From Camelus dromedarius (lineage: Eukaryota): 64,000 bases of DNA. How positions within the stretch are numbered: the first letter of the stretch is position 1; the number at the start of each line of letters is the position of its first letter. The stretch lies in NCBI RefSeq assembly GCF_036321535.1, contig NC_087436.1, positions 52,578,001-52,642,000 on the forward strand. The letters run 5' to 3'. The notes under the pieces are model-generated. The model saw only the letters and a list, made by a program, of their open reading frames with translations, was not told the origin of the DNA and searched no databases. Positions 15,068-28,847 of this stretch are shown here, one piece after another. A program made the translations under genes and the position numbers.

Positions 15068-16479
15068 AAGGACAATATTCCAGCACCCCTAGAATGCTTT
15101 ACTGAGCACCTCAGCAGCAGCCCTGCTACCCAGGATGTACTGCAGAAATACAAACTCTTCTGCCATTTAAATTACTACGAATGATACGTTACTCTAGCTT
15201 CCTAAAAAAAAAAGAAAAACACTTTCTTGACCTTTCATAAGCATTGTTGGAAGAAAATTTACAAGGATCAGGATGAGGTAAAGCTTTTTAATCGTAATGA
15301 GAGAATGAAATTCATTCTAGTTCAAGAATTACACATAAAGAATGCTTTATACTTCATTAGTATTAAATCTTTAAAAAGTCAAAGTGATGAGAGGATTGAA
15401 GAATCTGCAGAGATATTCATGGCATTTTGTATTGTCAGTTTCAGAGGTAATGTCTGCATTTTTTGTCAACCTGAACTTCTCTTGAAACAGGGTACTTGGT
15501 TTTCAAGCCAAAATTATCATTAATCAGATTTGTTTTTAATTATCTGATTTAGATGATCTACCTTTTATGCCTGACTTCTTAAAATTTTTTGTTCTCACAT
15601 GTAGTTCAAGTGTCACTGCGAAAGGAAAGGATGTGTTTAGATCAAGGGCAAACATTTCTAGGTGTTTGTTCTGTATGACAATACGAATATAATTTAAGTC
15701 TGCAACAGTCAAAACGTAAACAAGAGCTAATTAACCGGCACTGTTGTCATCTGAGTGTAATCGGATGTTACTGGCTGACACATTGGTTGTGCTCAGCCAG
15801 CAGAGAAAGGTTTCTAAATTCCCCTTGCTGAGCTGAAATCTTCCCTTCCATATCTGACAAATCTGTGTCTTATTTCTTGTCTACCTGTCACACTTACGTT
15901 CTTAAGGATCAACTTAGGACATCGGCAAACCTTCAACAGTGAACATGCTAGCTTTTCCTGATTTTTCTCCATTGAGCCCTATTTGTGATCATTCAAGATT
16001 TTATGGGGTTCTAAAAAGAAAAGTGGGTAAGTCCTTTAACAGTTATGTTTTGAGTGACTGTCTCAGTACTATGAATTTGTTCATTATTACCTAGTGTTGA
16101 AGATATCCATCACAGTGATTAATTAAATAATAGATACTCTGAATTGAGAATTTGTAATGGATTATCCACAGATCTCCCTGTCAGAATTTCTCCACAAACA
16201 CAAACAAGACTTCTCAAGTTCTCATGAGTATATTTTGTCTTCTCTTCAAGGGGATTTGTCCTATGGGCCAGAATACACCTCTTTTCCTGTTCAGGATACA
16301 TTTTTTTAAACACCATTACTATGGTATGGTTCCTATACAGTAAACTACACATAAAGGAAAAAATTTAGTTTTGATAAATAATGGAAAAACATTTATCTTG
16401 TTCACTAATATTACATTCCTGAACTTGAAGTCAGAATTCTACCAAAGTGATTATGGATAATATCACTAGTTAGCTGACA

Positions 16480-16730
16480 TCATATCCAAGACTCACTCTG
16501 TACCAGGCACTGCATATGTATCATGTCGGTTAATATAACAACAATAGTAAGATATAATTTGTAATATTACATCATTATATGTATCATCTGCAGCAGCAGC
16601 AGATTCATTTTAGAGATACGGAAACCATGACAGAAAATTAAATAACTTCCCCAAGTTTGTATAACTAGTGAAGAGTTAAAATTTGGATTCCAACCTAAAT
16701 TCCAAATTCCTGTTCTTTATAACTATACTC
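16480..16730 (-). mobile_element. MIR SINE
   Basis: 'cattttagagatacggaaac...aaataacttccccaagtttgtataactagtg' matches the MIR core in antisense. Confidence 0.7.
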
Positions 16731-17968
16731 TTAGTCTTTCTGATCTTAGTTTACTTATCTATAAAAAGGGGTGAAGCATTATGCTCCTGGCTGTAGTTAA
16801 AACAGAAACCATTTTATCATCCCAGTATAAACAAAGATGACAAAATCATGCATAAATCCTACGAAATCCACAAAAAGCCCCCAAATTAATAAGTTGTTAT
16901 AGTTGCTGAACATAAGATCAATATATAGAATCAACTGATTTATTCAGTAACCAAAAAATGAAGATTAGAAAAAAGATACCATTTACAATAATGCTAGCAA
17001 ATATAAAACTCTGAGGGGTGAATTTTACAATACATTCACTCCCTGTACACTTAAAACTGTCAAACTTCTAAGAGGAATTAAAGAATACTGTATCATGGAT
17101 TAAAAGACTCAGTATTATTAAGATGCCAGTTTTATTCAAATTGATCTATGAATTTATTACAGTTTCAGGCCAGATCTAGTTTTCCTCTTTGTAGAAATTG
17201 AAAAGTGATTCCAATGTTTACATGGAAATAAAGTGGACTTAGAATAACTAAAACATGTTTTAAGCACAAATTTGAAGGACTCATACTATTGGATTTTAAA
17301 GACTTACTTGAAGCTACTGTAATCAAGACAGTTTAGTATTGACCTAAGAATAAAAGTTAATCATTGGAACAAAAGAGAGGTTATAGAAAGAATTAAACGT
17401 ATGTTTTTCCCCCATATACTCATGAATCAACTGATTTTTGACAAGGGTGCCATATTAATTCAATGGAGAAAGAACAGTTTTATCAACAAATTGTTTTGGA
17501 ATTGATATATGAAAAAAGCAAAGTTCAACCCTTACCTTATACCACACACAAAAACAACTCTAAATGTATTGTAAACTTAAACATTAAATTCAGATCTATA
17601 ACACTTGCCTTATATAAACATTAAATCCAGATCCATAACATATACAAAAAGCCATAACTAAAGACAACATGTTAAGTTGAACTTTATCAAAACTAAAAAT
17701 TCTGCTCTTCAAATTGACATTAATAAACTGAAAAGGCAAAGTCAAAGAATAGGAGAAAATATTTACATTATGTATGTCTGATAAATGGCTTGGATCTAGG
17801 ACATATAGGGAACTCAAAAAACTTAAGAAGTCAATCCACTGAAAATCAGAAAAAAAAATTAAGAAAATTCACAAAAAAGGATATATAATTTTTCAATATG
17901 CACATGAAATGATACTCAATATCATTTAGTAATCAGGAAAATGCAAGTTTAAAAGCACAAAGAGCTAA

Positions 17969-18110
17969 GGGGAGGGTATATAGCTCAAGTGGTAGAGCAC
18001 ATGCTTAGCATACACAAGGTCCTGGGTTCAATCCCCAGCACCTCCTCTTAAAAAAAAAAAAACTTAATTACCCCCCCCGCCAAAATAAAATAATAAATAA
18101 ATAAATGAAT
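17969..18110 (+). mobile_element. tRNA-Ala-derived SINE (vic-1-like), long-tail variant, nested in L1
   Basis: 'ggggagggtatatagctcaagtggtagagcacatgcttagcat...ggtcctgggttcaatccccagcacctcc', then 'aacttaattacccccccc' and an (aaat)n tail; TSD-like aagagcta on both sides. Confidence 0.92.
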
Positions 18111-18440
18111 AAAACCATGAAGAGCTACCACTACGTGTCCACAGGAGTAGCTAAAATTATAAAGGCCAATAATACCAAGTGTTGTCGGAAATATGGAGGA
18201 ACTAGAACTCTCATACATTGTGGGAATGTAAAATCATTCAACAATTTGGGAAACAATTTAGCAGTTCTTCCTGAAAGAAAGTTTAAAAAGCTAACTGTAT
18301 ACTTCTCATATGACACAGCAATTTTTTTTTTTTTATTTACCCAAAAGAAATGAAAACATGTCCTGGCCATACAAAGACCTATAAATAAATGTTCATGTTA
18401 GCTTTATTCTTTAAAAAAAAAAACTAAAATCTTTAAAATA

Positions 18441-18537
18441 GGAGAGGAGGGAAATAGCTCAGTGGTAGAGTGCATGCTTAGCATGCACGAGGTCCTGAGT
18501 TCAATCCCCAGTACCTCCACTTAAATATATATATATA
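18441..18537 (+). mobile_element. tRNA-Ala-derived SINE (vic-1-like), short variant, nested in L1
   Basis: 'tagctcagtggtagagtgcatgcttagcatgcacgaggtcctgagttcaatccccagtacctcca' with a (ta)n tail; ttagctttat repeated at 18398 and 18538. Confidence 0.9.
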
Positions 18538-19000
18538 TTAGCTTTATCCATAATACCCAAAAGCTGTAAACAATAAACAAATTGTGGTATAGTCACACAA
18601 TGGGATACCACTCAGAAATAAAATGAAACAAATTACTAATATACCCAACAAAATGAATCTCAAAACATTATGCATTATGCTACAGAAAAGAAGCCAGACA
18701 TAGTGGAATGCATACCTTATGACTCCTTTTATATGAAACACTAGAAAAGAAATCAGATCAATGGCTGTCTGGAGCCAGGAAGGTAGGGGAAATGCCAAGA
18801 AAGAGGGAATTTGTTGAGATGATAGAAACTTCTGTAGTTTGATTATGGTGTTGGTTACATGGATGTACATATTTGCAAAACTCAAGCTGTAGGCTTAAAA
18901 TGGGTATACTTTTATATGTGAAATACACCTTAATAAAATTGACCTTTTAAAATATTTTTATAAACTTTGGTCAAAAAGAAGGTCTATATTACTAACTTCC

Positions 19001-19390
19001 TCTTATGGACTGAATTGGGCCCCTCCCCCAAATTCATATGTTGAAGTCCTAACCCTCAGTACCTCAGTGTGACTGCATTTGGGAACAGGGTCTTTAAAGC
19101 GATAATTAAAGTTAGACGGGGTCATTAGGGGAGACCCTAGTCCAAGATGACTGGTATCCTTGTAAGATGAGGTTGGGGGACACACACACACACACAAAGA
19201 GGGAAGACCGTGTGAAGACACAGGAAGAAGACAGCCAGCTACAAGCTAAGGAGAGAGACCTCAGAATGGAACCAGACCTGCTAACACCTTGACCTTGGAT
19301 TTCTTGCCTCCAGAACTGTGAAGAAATAAATTTGTTGTTTAAACCACTGTCTGTGGGTCTTTGTTATGGTAACCCTAGCAAACTAATACA
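19001..19390 (+). mobile_element. MaLR solo LTR (MLT1A/MLT1B-like)
   Basis: Begins 'ttatggactgaattg...ccccaaattcatatgttgaagtcctaacc' and ends 'cctccagaactgtgaagaaataaatttgttgtttaa...ccctagcaaactaataca'. Confidence 0.9.
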
Positions 19391-22300
19391 CTTTCCTAGA
19401 AGGATACTGAGAAAATTAAATGAGATTGTGATGTACTGGAGACACAAGAAATATCAACCTTTTCCCTTCTTGATTTTCTCAGTGACAACAAGGGTTAAAA
19501 CTACTCATACCTACATTCAAGATTAATTAGCAAGCCTGAAATCTCTTTCCAACAGCTGGGAGAATTTCTAAAGCCTTCTGTTCTACCGCTAGGTTAGAAC
19601 CTTCTATATTTCTAAGCATCATGATTCTAGGTACCATCTATTAACATAAATGAGCTTTTAGCCACGTTAACATTAGTGTGATAAGCTGTGAAAATACCGC
19701 AATGCTTCCATACCCTTGATAAATAGCTGCTGTCTTGAGCCCATTTCTTCCCCAAGTGCCTCCGTCGCAGCCCTCCTGATCCCTTCCCTGAGACTGCGGC
19801 TCTCTCTCTAGGATTCAGCACCTAAGGGGTTAAAGCCTGGCAAAAGTGAAGCCATCTGTTCTTATAAATCCATGTCCCATGCCACACTTATGATCAGATA
19901 TTTTCAATATCACTGGTGTTCAGGAGTGTGTTTTGATAATGAGGAGAAAGACAATAAGGATGAGTAATTTGAGAGAACATAGGTTTTTAAAATATGGATT
20001 TGTTCGATTTCTGGAACACGTTTATTTTGTTGGCCAAAGGTAAGCCTGGGTCACCTTAAATTTAAGCACACCTAGAACAAGGTGATGCTCGCAAAGTTTT
20101 AAGGTATAAAATCTGACCTGTAGACTCAAATTTAGGGTTAGGTCTTGAACAGCCTACTCTAGTATCAGGTGTCTGTGGTATCTGTGTACTCCCTTGCTCA
20201 CAAATATAAACCAAGCCTGTGTGTGTGTGTTTGTGCAAGTGCATGTGGGTGTGGTGTGTGCACGTGCTCTAATAAAGGACAGAGTTTCTTCAGTGTTCTG
20301 GCCATATATTATCAGAGGGTTTCTCCTGCTGGTGGTACAGTAAGGTATAATAATGCTGTGTGCATTTAAATTATAAACATAAATACAGTGCAGGATTTAC
20401 AGCATTTTGCTTGGAACTAAAACTAAAGCAAATGAAGGCATTTAAAAAACACTGTCAGCCACTCCATTGCTGTTCCCCTTGCAATGCCACTTAATTATCT
20501 CAAAGAGCTTAGATGAGTTGATAGATTGGAAGAGGCACAGATGAGATCATCTCTGGCTTTGCGGTAAAACCCTCTTGTTGGCTGAGTGCAGTACCACTGT
20601 TTGCTGTGTGTGAGCTACAAGGGGCGGGTTTTAATTAACGCCTCTATTATCTAAGAACTACAGTTCAGAAAAGCATTGAACTTCACTTTGTTTCCTAAAC
20701 AGATGTGCCCAGTGTCAGCTCTGCCCTTTTATTGGGATACAACCCACTCCCTGGGATTGGCATGTATTTTTATTTCAAAAGAAGAATAGTTCCTCTAAGA
20801 TTCTGCTAGCTGAGGGTCCCACCCTGTGGAGATTCAGAGTGTGAAGCACGGAAATGAAGTCAAACTGCCTGGATAGAGGAACGTGGGACGCTTTCAAAAG
20901 TTGAAGTTTTAAGAAACATATGTGGGAAGGGAACAGAAACTGAAATCACCTATTAATACCAAATGCTCATACTTAACATCATCAATAAAATTTTATTACC
21001 ACCTATTAGTCCAAGGTATTCTTTTAGGCACAATAGTTACCAACAAACATCGTAGGGGATCATTCCCTCTAGGAGCTTATAAGTAAAGAAAATAAGATGT
21101 ATAGCGTAAAGGGGAAGGCTCTTTTTGACTTATTGCTGATATGGGCTAACGAGGTGAAGGAATTAAATGCAAAACTAAATGTTATGTGACATTACTTGTT
21201 CTCCAAGCTCCTTATGTTGGGCACAGAGCACAGGCGTGGAATAAATGATGAGCTCTGAGTTAGATTTGAGCCTAAGTCTAGGTTCCGTCAGTAATCCTCT
21301 CAAATCTAAGATGGAAATGTTACGGTTTTGAGAAGATTATGTAAAATAACGCATGCAAATCATTTAGCACAATGCCTGGCATATAAACCAAGCATGAAAA
21401 ACTATAAATTTAAATCAAAACAAAATGAAATTAACAGAGGGCTAATACAGACAGATAATTATGTATACAAGGTTGGAGCATAAATAGAAGCCACATCCTG
21501 AAAAGGGTTGCCCCTTTTTTCTGTAGGCACTGCAGAAATTCTAAATGTATTTCAACCAAGTAAAATATTATAGAGGCAAGAAAGAGTTAAAGGATGATAC
21601 AGCAGAAAATCTTTCTTATTTTGCTTTTTAAATTACTTTTAATGAAGAAAGAAAGGAAAAACACATAGACAAACATGTTTCCAAAAGAATAGATGTGACT
21701 TTGATGCTTATAGAATAGCTCCTTTGAGTGGCAATTAATGACACAAGATGATACTTCCTTCTCTTGGTCTATTTCATGGGATAGTTTTGGCCAAAGATCA
21801 AGAAAGACTTCCTTCTTGCTGAGCCCAATTACTAAAACAGTAAAAGATTCACACCCCTAAGATATAAACATCAGTCTAAAGACACCCAGAAAAGATCCTT
21901 TTATTTGCTACTCAACTCAGAATTAATTAATAACCAACTCTTACCCACACTGGACTCTCAAATTTCAGCCACTTGATTCTCTCTCCTTAATTGTTTCAAA
22001 AGCCTGAGATTTTCTGTAACTCACACTCTGCCCCCATCTTAAAAGGGGTGGATTTTAACTAATTGATTCATTCAGGATCAAGATCAACAGATCACTAGAT
22101 CTGTCCTTTGAGGTAACCTGCCAGCTTCTTTTTTCCCAAGGTGATGGACACCAGTGATAACCAATTACAGTCTGTACTATCCAGTGATGGGCATCGGGGG
22201 ACAGGTTTCCATTATTCTCTAAAAATCATTGCAAAGTTTCATACAGGCAAAACTTCCCACGAACATGCAAGCCATGATGACTTAAGTGCACCTTGTAATT

Positions 22301-22829
22301 ATCATCTTATACATAAATTTGCCACAATAATCTTGTGGATATGTTGGGTGGCTATGATCAATTTTTTTCCCTTCTTACATATATCTGGAAACACAATGTT
22401 GGCTCCCAGCAAAATAATTTATTACTGGAGAACATGCAGACAGTTTATAAGTGGCCAAGAAAACTTTGGCTCTAACCCAGGCCTTCTGACTTCTAGTTCA
22501 AAGCCATTTCCATCAGAGAAGTTGAAATTTATCTTTCCCTAAACTTGAAAGATCAGTTAGCCTAATGATCTTGCCTGGAATATAATTGTGACTGCTGGAT
22601 TACCCCAAATTATCATTATATCAGCAAGAAGTCATTCAGCCAAAGACTTAAGAGCAAATTATCTTATCAACACCTAACCTTTGTGAGAAAAAAATTAGTA
22701 GGTACATATTTAGAGACATTTATTATCAGAATGTTTTGGGCTAACAGAATTATTAAAACTCACATATCTACTGACATCTAAGCAAATTATATCACTATAC
22801 AATCCTATGGCAATTTTTCTGTAGTCTAA

Positions 22830-23086
22830 AGCAATGCTATTCAATAAAAATATAACGTGAGCCATATATGTGATTTAAAATTTTCAGGTAGCCACATCAA
22901 AAATTAGAAACAGATGAAATTAATTATTTCAACCTTTTTTAATTATGAAAAAAGATATATTTTTTAAACTAAGTCTTTGAAATCAGATGTGCATGTTACA
23001 CTTACAGCCCACCTCATTTCAGACTTGCCACATTTCAAATGTTCAATAGCTACTCGATTTAATGGCTACCTTATTGGACAGCATAG
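22830..23086. mobile_element. hAT-Charlie MITE (MER33/MER3-like)
   Basis: Termini 'gctattcaata...' and '...tattggacagcatag'; internal 'gtagccacat' and 'gccacatttcaaatgttcaatagc'. Confidence 0.85.
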
Positions 23087-26080
23087 GTCCAAGGAGTCTA
23101 GGGACCCCAATCCTGGGATGTAGTAACCCTAATACCCAAAACTAAAAGGGGAAGCAGGGAGACAGAGCAATACTTTAAAATATCAAATAGTTCAGAACTA
23201 GTCATTTGTAATGGAATCAAATGTTTATCAAACCCTACAATTAATTCTTCAAAATAAAGTATTGTCTGTATCATCTTTATAAAGGAAAACTATGTTAATT
23301 ATAAATCAGTTGCTTTACTAGATATTCCCCCTGTCCAGTTTTCTCCTCAATAAAAGATTATAACTAGGTTTTTAAATCTAATAGCTTGAACCTGAACCCA
23401 GCAGATATTTCTGTTTGGTATCAACAGTGAGATAACTATTAAGAAAACAGTTAGAAATAAAATTATTTTCCATTTTACCAACCATTCATCATATTGCAAA
23501 ACTGTAAATAGGAACCACCTGTGAAGCAACTGGGGCTTAACATTCTCTTGGTCTTACACTACAGTGCTTTCTGGAGGCATTGACCCATTTATGGATCATG
23601 TGTTCAACTACGTTATCTGCATTGAATCTGACGCTTGTCAGGGCAGATACATAATTAGAAAAACCAAAAAAATCTTCCCCAGTCATTGGCATACTGGTTT
23701 ATGATCTACCACCCTTCTGAAACTAGTCCCATCCATGAATTCTAGGGAAGTTATCCTCCATGATCCATAGGTAACTATTTTCAAACCTTTCCAGTTGTTA
23801 TCCATCCTCTTATTTCAATCACAATTAACTCCATGCAAATTCCTGACTATTCCAGACTCTGAGTATTACTACCTTCCCCAGAAATGCTCTTCTTCTTAGA
23901 TCTCCATCCTCCATACCTCTTAGCTTTTACAGTTTTCTCTGAAGACCCACAACATAACTCAAATGTCACTCCGTGTCTCACTGTACATTTTATATAACTT
24001 TATTATATCTCACAACACATTGCAGTATTTTGATATAAAAATATATATATTTAACCTGTGCTTTTCACATTTATATGGGCACTTCCAAATCCTCATTTCT
24101 CATTCTTCCTCTATAGAAAGAATTATAACTGGGCATAGAGCCACCCTAAAAAGGCATTCAATGCATGTATGTGGAATGAATGATTGATCTTAATACAATT
24201 TCTTGCATATCAAAGTTTCCAGATCAAGTCATTAGCCTATGTAAGAGTTACTGTCATATTACTAGGTGGGAAGGAAATAAAACTGGCCCTGATATTTTTA
24301 ATGAAATCCATCTTAATAGGAAAGTCTAGCTTAAAACTTCTTCCAGCTAATTGTCCTTGGTACAGTTTTTCCTAATACCCCAGTAATACAACAATGGTGA
24401 CATGCTTCCATTTATTAAATGAATTTTTTGGGGGGAACCTAAGATATTCCAGACACTGTGAATATGTCGAAGTAAAATGGCAAGACATAGTTGCTGCCCA
24501 CTTAGAGGTCAGAGAAAAAGATGAAAACTCATACATTTGCCTAAAGCTAAAATTAAAATAATGAAATGTGACTAGAAAAGTGCCCCTCCCCGCCAAACAC
24601 TTTGCTTCTGAAAAGAGAGCAAACCTGTTTTTCTGAAAAGCAAGATGATAGAAAGAAAAATATCTCCTTCTTTCTTTACTGTTTGCCCCACTCAGAAAGA
24701 GGATATGAACTAACTAAAACATTGAGCATGAATCCTGCTGCTGCATGGATTCTATTTTTTGAGGTGAGTAAGATAATATTCTCACACGCTTCTCCCTTGA
24801 CATCTTAGCTCTCTTTCTATAATACCTCTCCATTCTCTATGTAGAGACGGCAACACTCAGAAAATAACAGGCTGGAAAGTAGAAACAGGTCTTAAGCACG
24901 TGCGTAGGGAGTCTTAGGAGTAGAATATTCTGACTATTCTTCTTTTCATCAATTGTAACAGAAGGAAGTCAGGGTAGGGGAGCTGGAGGAGGAGTGTCTC
25001 ATGATTGAACCTCAACAGGGTTTATCCAGTAAAAGGCTGCCAAATTCCAGAAATGGAAATGGAAACTGTAACAATTTGTTCTCTTGTCATGCCCATGAGA
25101 AGACTAAAAAACGCTCAAGTGGATGGTCAGTGAGATCAAGGCAATCTACCTAGTGTATGTGCTTATAAACACCAGGTATAAATATATCTATTTCTTTCAA
25201 GTAAGAGTAAACAGCAAGCTAGTAAAATGCAGCTTATGAAGAAAAGCTGCAGGACAGGAGAACAGAGCACGATAAGGAAGACTCAGCAGAAGAGCACGAG
25301 TCTGCAATTGACTTACTGTGAGAATCTTTCCAATAAGCCAGGAAAAGAGCGTGACTTCTACGACACAAAGAAACTGACATTAAGAGCACAGGTTAAGAGG
25401 CGGTGGCAGCGTGTGAGCACAGGTGGTCTGAGGATTCCAAGGGGATGAGATACAATAAAGGAATTAACATTCACTTTTGAGGCAATAAAGAGTAGTGAAA
25501 AAAAAAGAGGGAAAAGACAAAACAAGAAATGAAAAAAAGTCTGTAATAAACACAGAAAATTCATTTTTAAATTAGAAAAGAAAAAATTCTGTACCATTCT
25601 GTGCTAATACTTTTAAAATTTTTGATGAAATTGATGACTTTATGGGGAAATATAAATAGCACAAATTTACTCCAGAAGAAATGCAAAAACCTGAAACTGC
25701 CAAGATTGGCATTTTCTTCTCTTCTGTGTACATTCCTCTGGCATAACCAACTGGAGGCTAAAACTGGTGTGACGTCAGGGTAAGGAGAGAAGGCATCACT
25801 CTGTTCCCCAGCCCAGCAAATCAGAGTTCTCTAATGGAATTCGACACCAAGCTACGCTCACCACAGTGCTGTAGTCCTGCCTTCGGGGCATGGCTTCCTT
25901 GTGCCTTGGGAAGGAGAGAATTGTGATCTGATGGAGGGTTAGTTTCTCTTGGGACTTCTTGAACAATACTATCTAACAGCCCAGTCTTGCTGTAAGTAAC
26001 TAAAACATTTGAGTGCACTTCCCCTCCATCGCTTGCAATTATCTTCCTGAATCCCCTCTTTTCTTCCCTCACTAAGATGT

Positions 26081-26458
26081 TGTATTACCTTGCTAGGGTT
26101 GCCATAACAAAATGCCACACACAGGGTGGCTTAAACAAGGGGAATTTCTTTTCTCACAGTTCTGGAAACTAGACGTCTGAGATCAAAGTGTCAGTCGGGT
26201 TAGTTTCCTCTGAAGCTTCTCTTTTTGGCTTGTAGATGGTCGCCTTCTTCCTGCATCCCTGGTGTCTCTTTCTGCATTTCCTAATCTCTGTCCTATAAAG
26301 ATAACCAGCCAGATTAAATTAGGGTCCACCTAACAGCCTCATTTTAACCATGATTACCTCTTTAAAGATCTTATCTCCAAATACACTTGCATTCTGGGGC
26401 CCTAGGGGTGGGGAATTCCACATATGAAATTTAAGAGGACCCAATTCATCCCATAACA
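26081..26458 (-). mobile_element. MaLR solo LTR (MLT1B/C-like)
   Basis: 'tgtattaccttgctagggttgccataacaaaatgccacac...ttctcacagttctgga...caattcatcccataaca', the reverse complement of an MLT1 LTR. Confidence 0.9.
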
Positions 26459-27129
26459 GATTTTTTCAAACAACGTGTATTATAAGTGTAAGTAGCATGA
26501 GTGTAGACTTCCTAAATGCTTAGCTTATGACTTTTCACTGGAGTATCTACCCAATATTCTCTGCTCTTCATTTGTCCACATGTGACTGTGAACAAGTTGC
26601 CTCTTACCTCTACGGTTATCAATTTCCCTCTTCTATAAAAGAAAGGTATTTGAGTAGATACAATCTATGGTGTCCTTCAGCCTTCACAAAACCAGGATCC
26701 TAAGTCACTGGGTATAAATTCAGTCAGGTGTTACAATGAGAAGGCAAGAGGCTGGTGGAAAAAAGTGCCAGAGCTCAAGAGAAAGGCGTGGCCAAGTTTC
26801 TTCCATGTGAGCGAAAGCCCCAACCCCCTCCTCCCTCCAGCCCTACAGGGACAGGAAGCAGGAGGAAGGGGAGGGTGCAGTTCTCTAAAGTTCTCAAGAA
26901 GGCCTGTCTATACCCAATCAGATGTGTCCTCCTCATTTCTCACAGACATACTGAGCACAAAATGTCATTGCTACCTACCTATATGCATATATATGCGTAT
27001 AGAACTTCTTACATATATTTACAGAGGTTCCCGTATTTATTTAACAAATACCATGTTTGCTGTTTCACTTTTTTCACTTTCAACATCTCTAGAAAGAGGA
27101 TACATCTTAAAATCACTTTGGCCCAGCAG

Positions 27130-27730
27130 CAGTCATGATGGAATTGTCATTGCCTGGGCATGTGTATACAAATACATGAGGAACGGGTATGAAGTTTGCA
27201 AGAAATTCTCAGAGACGATGGTGGATCATCTTTTTAAGAAGTGCTATCACCAATGCTCTTGATGGCAGAGGATACTTGGAAGACGGGTTGGGGTGGGGTG
27301 GGCAGAGGAGAAAAGAACTCCTAAAGAAAGTGTCAAAAAATAAATCTCACAACAATGGGAACGTGCTGAAAGCCACTGACCTATACACCTAAAAATGGTG
27401 AAGATGCTATATTTCATGTGATACATAGTTTACCACAATAAAAAATAAAATCATCAGAAGTCAGACTCTGAATGTGAAGATGTTTAGGAAATGTATTAAC
27501 CAATTTATTCCACTTTTTCCTTTCATATATGTACGAAAGTGATATATGATTAAAAAAAATCTGTGTACATGACTGAATAATGTCTTGTATTAAATATAGA
27601 ATAAAAATTCTAAATGATAAAAAAAAAGCATCATGTCATTGTTTAATTGGAAGTGTTTTTCTTCCTACAGATATATGAAATTCTGGTGTGTCTTACAATC
27701 AATGCCTCTTCTATTCAATTAAATATAGTA
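27130..27730 (+). mobile_element. Tc1/mariner-pogo (Tigger-like) remnant with transposase C-terminal fragment
   Basis: Frameshifted translation KKFSETMVDHLFKKC-ITNALDG (27200-27267) matches the pogo/Tigger 'SFKKCCITNALDGTED' motif; Tigger-like end 'ggtgtgtcttacaatcaatg...aaatatagta' at 27685-27730. Confidence 0.7.
27345..27450 (+). mobile_element. L1MB-like 3' terminus inserted in the Tigger remnant
   Basis: 'gccactgacctatacacctaaaaatggtgaagatgc...tttaccacaataaaaaa'. Confidence 0.75.
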
Positions 27731-27734
27731 TTTA

Positions 27735-28270
27735 ATGAAGTACTTCTATGTGCAGTAATAGGAACAGAGAATATGGAATGATCACAGGCCCTGCCCTTCA
27801 GGAGTTTACATTATCTTAGTATGTATAGTTACTAAAATCGATAGTAAGAAAAATAATTTAGAGATATGGGTGCTGGGGTGAGGGTAGAGCTCAATGGTAG
27901 AGCACGTGCTTAGCATGCAGGAGGTCCTGGGTTCAATCCCCAGTGCCTCCATTAAAAAAAACAGAGAGCGAGATGGATGCTAGAAGATAGGACTATGTAT
28001 GCTCTTGGAGAGGTTGAATCTTGCCTGGGCGATCAAGGAAGTCCCCTCAGAGAAGTGGTACCTAATCTAGGACAGAAAGATGAGGAAGAGCTAAGCAGGA
28101 GTGAGGAAAGAGCATTCACCATGGAAGGGAGCACATCAAATCATGGAAGTGAGGATGAGCACGGCTGACCGGCGGAACTAAGAAAAGTCCAGTGTAAGTA
28201 AAGGAGAGAAAAGGGGAGGGGACAGAGACGGAGCTGGAGAGGCAGGTAGGGGCTGGACCGGGGCACTAGG
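27735..28270 (-). mobile_element. LINE-2 fragment interrupted by a SINE
   Basis: 'acaggccctgcccttcaggagtttaca', 'caaggaagtcccctcagagaagtgg' and 'gagctggagaggcaggtagggg'. Confidence 0.7.
27875..27962 (+). mobile_element. tRNA-Ala-derived SINE (vic-1-like), short variant
   Basis: 'ggggtgagggtagagctcaatggtagagcacgtgcttagcatgcaggaggtcctgggttcaatccccagtgcctcca' with an A tail; imperfect TSD gatatgggtgct / gagatggatgct. Confidence 0.9.
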
Positions 28271-28847
28271 CCCAGGTCTTCCCAGGTGGCAGGGTTGTGG
28301 GTCGATGCATTCATAGTGGCAGCTGAGGGGAGGTGTGTTCCGCAATTGCAGTTTTGTTCTCAGGTTGTAGGAATTTCAACTGGGTCTTTTTTAGGAAACC
28401 ATCTGTGGCGTTTCTCAAATTCCCCTCACAGGCAAAGGTGCTTTGTCTGGCAAGAACTTTGCCTTAATTTAGCAGTTTTAAAAGGCTGCTGTCCAATTGA
28501 TGTCTTAAAATTCCGACACTTCAGGGAGGTCCTAATATTTTTACACATGGGTCTATTTTGAGTCTACTGTCTTTTCAATCAACCTGTTACTCTTAAGTTA
28601 TCTCATGCCTAAACAAGATGTTTATCTATTAGCAGAAATGTCCTTAAAATGTAATTGAAACTACTTGGTCAGCCAAGCAGATTAATCTCTGGATAACGTG
28701 TGTGTTTGCCTAAGAAATTTAAATTTTTATACACATTATCCACATTAGCCATTTATAGTGGTCTATATTTCAGTGATGATGTGGTTGATTTATTTGCATA
28801 GATTTCTGCTCCACAAAAGAAAAAACAATAAAAATAACCATATTAGC

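Larger units (their letters stand above)
16800..18950 (+). mobile_element. Old L1 (L1M) ORF2 C-terminal region plus 3' UTR, interrupted by two SINEs
   Basis: L1 ORF2 blocks 'aagctactgtaatcaagacagt', 'ctgatttttgacaagggtgcca...caatggagaaagaacag' and 'ccttaccttataccacacacaaaa', followed by a 3' UTR ending in aataaa near 18932. Confidence 0.9.

Noticed and set aside
18446..18519. Apparent tRNA-Ala(AGC) gene (also the copies at 14909, 17969 and 27875)
   Set aside because: A/TA tails, TSD-like flanks, insertion inside other repeats and divergence among copies identify them as SINEs.
26755..27262. ORFs of 127 and 165 aa
   Set aside because: Low-complexity composition, no recognisable domain, and the longer ORF runs into a Tigger remnant.
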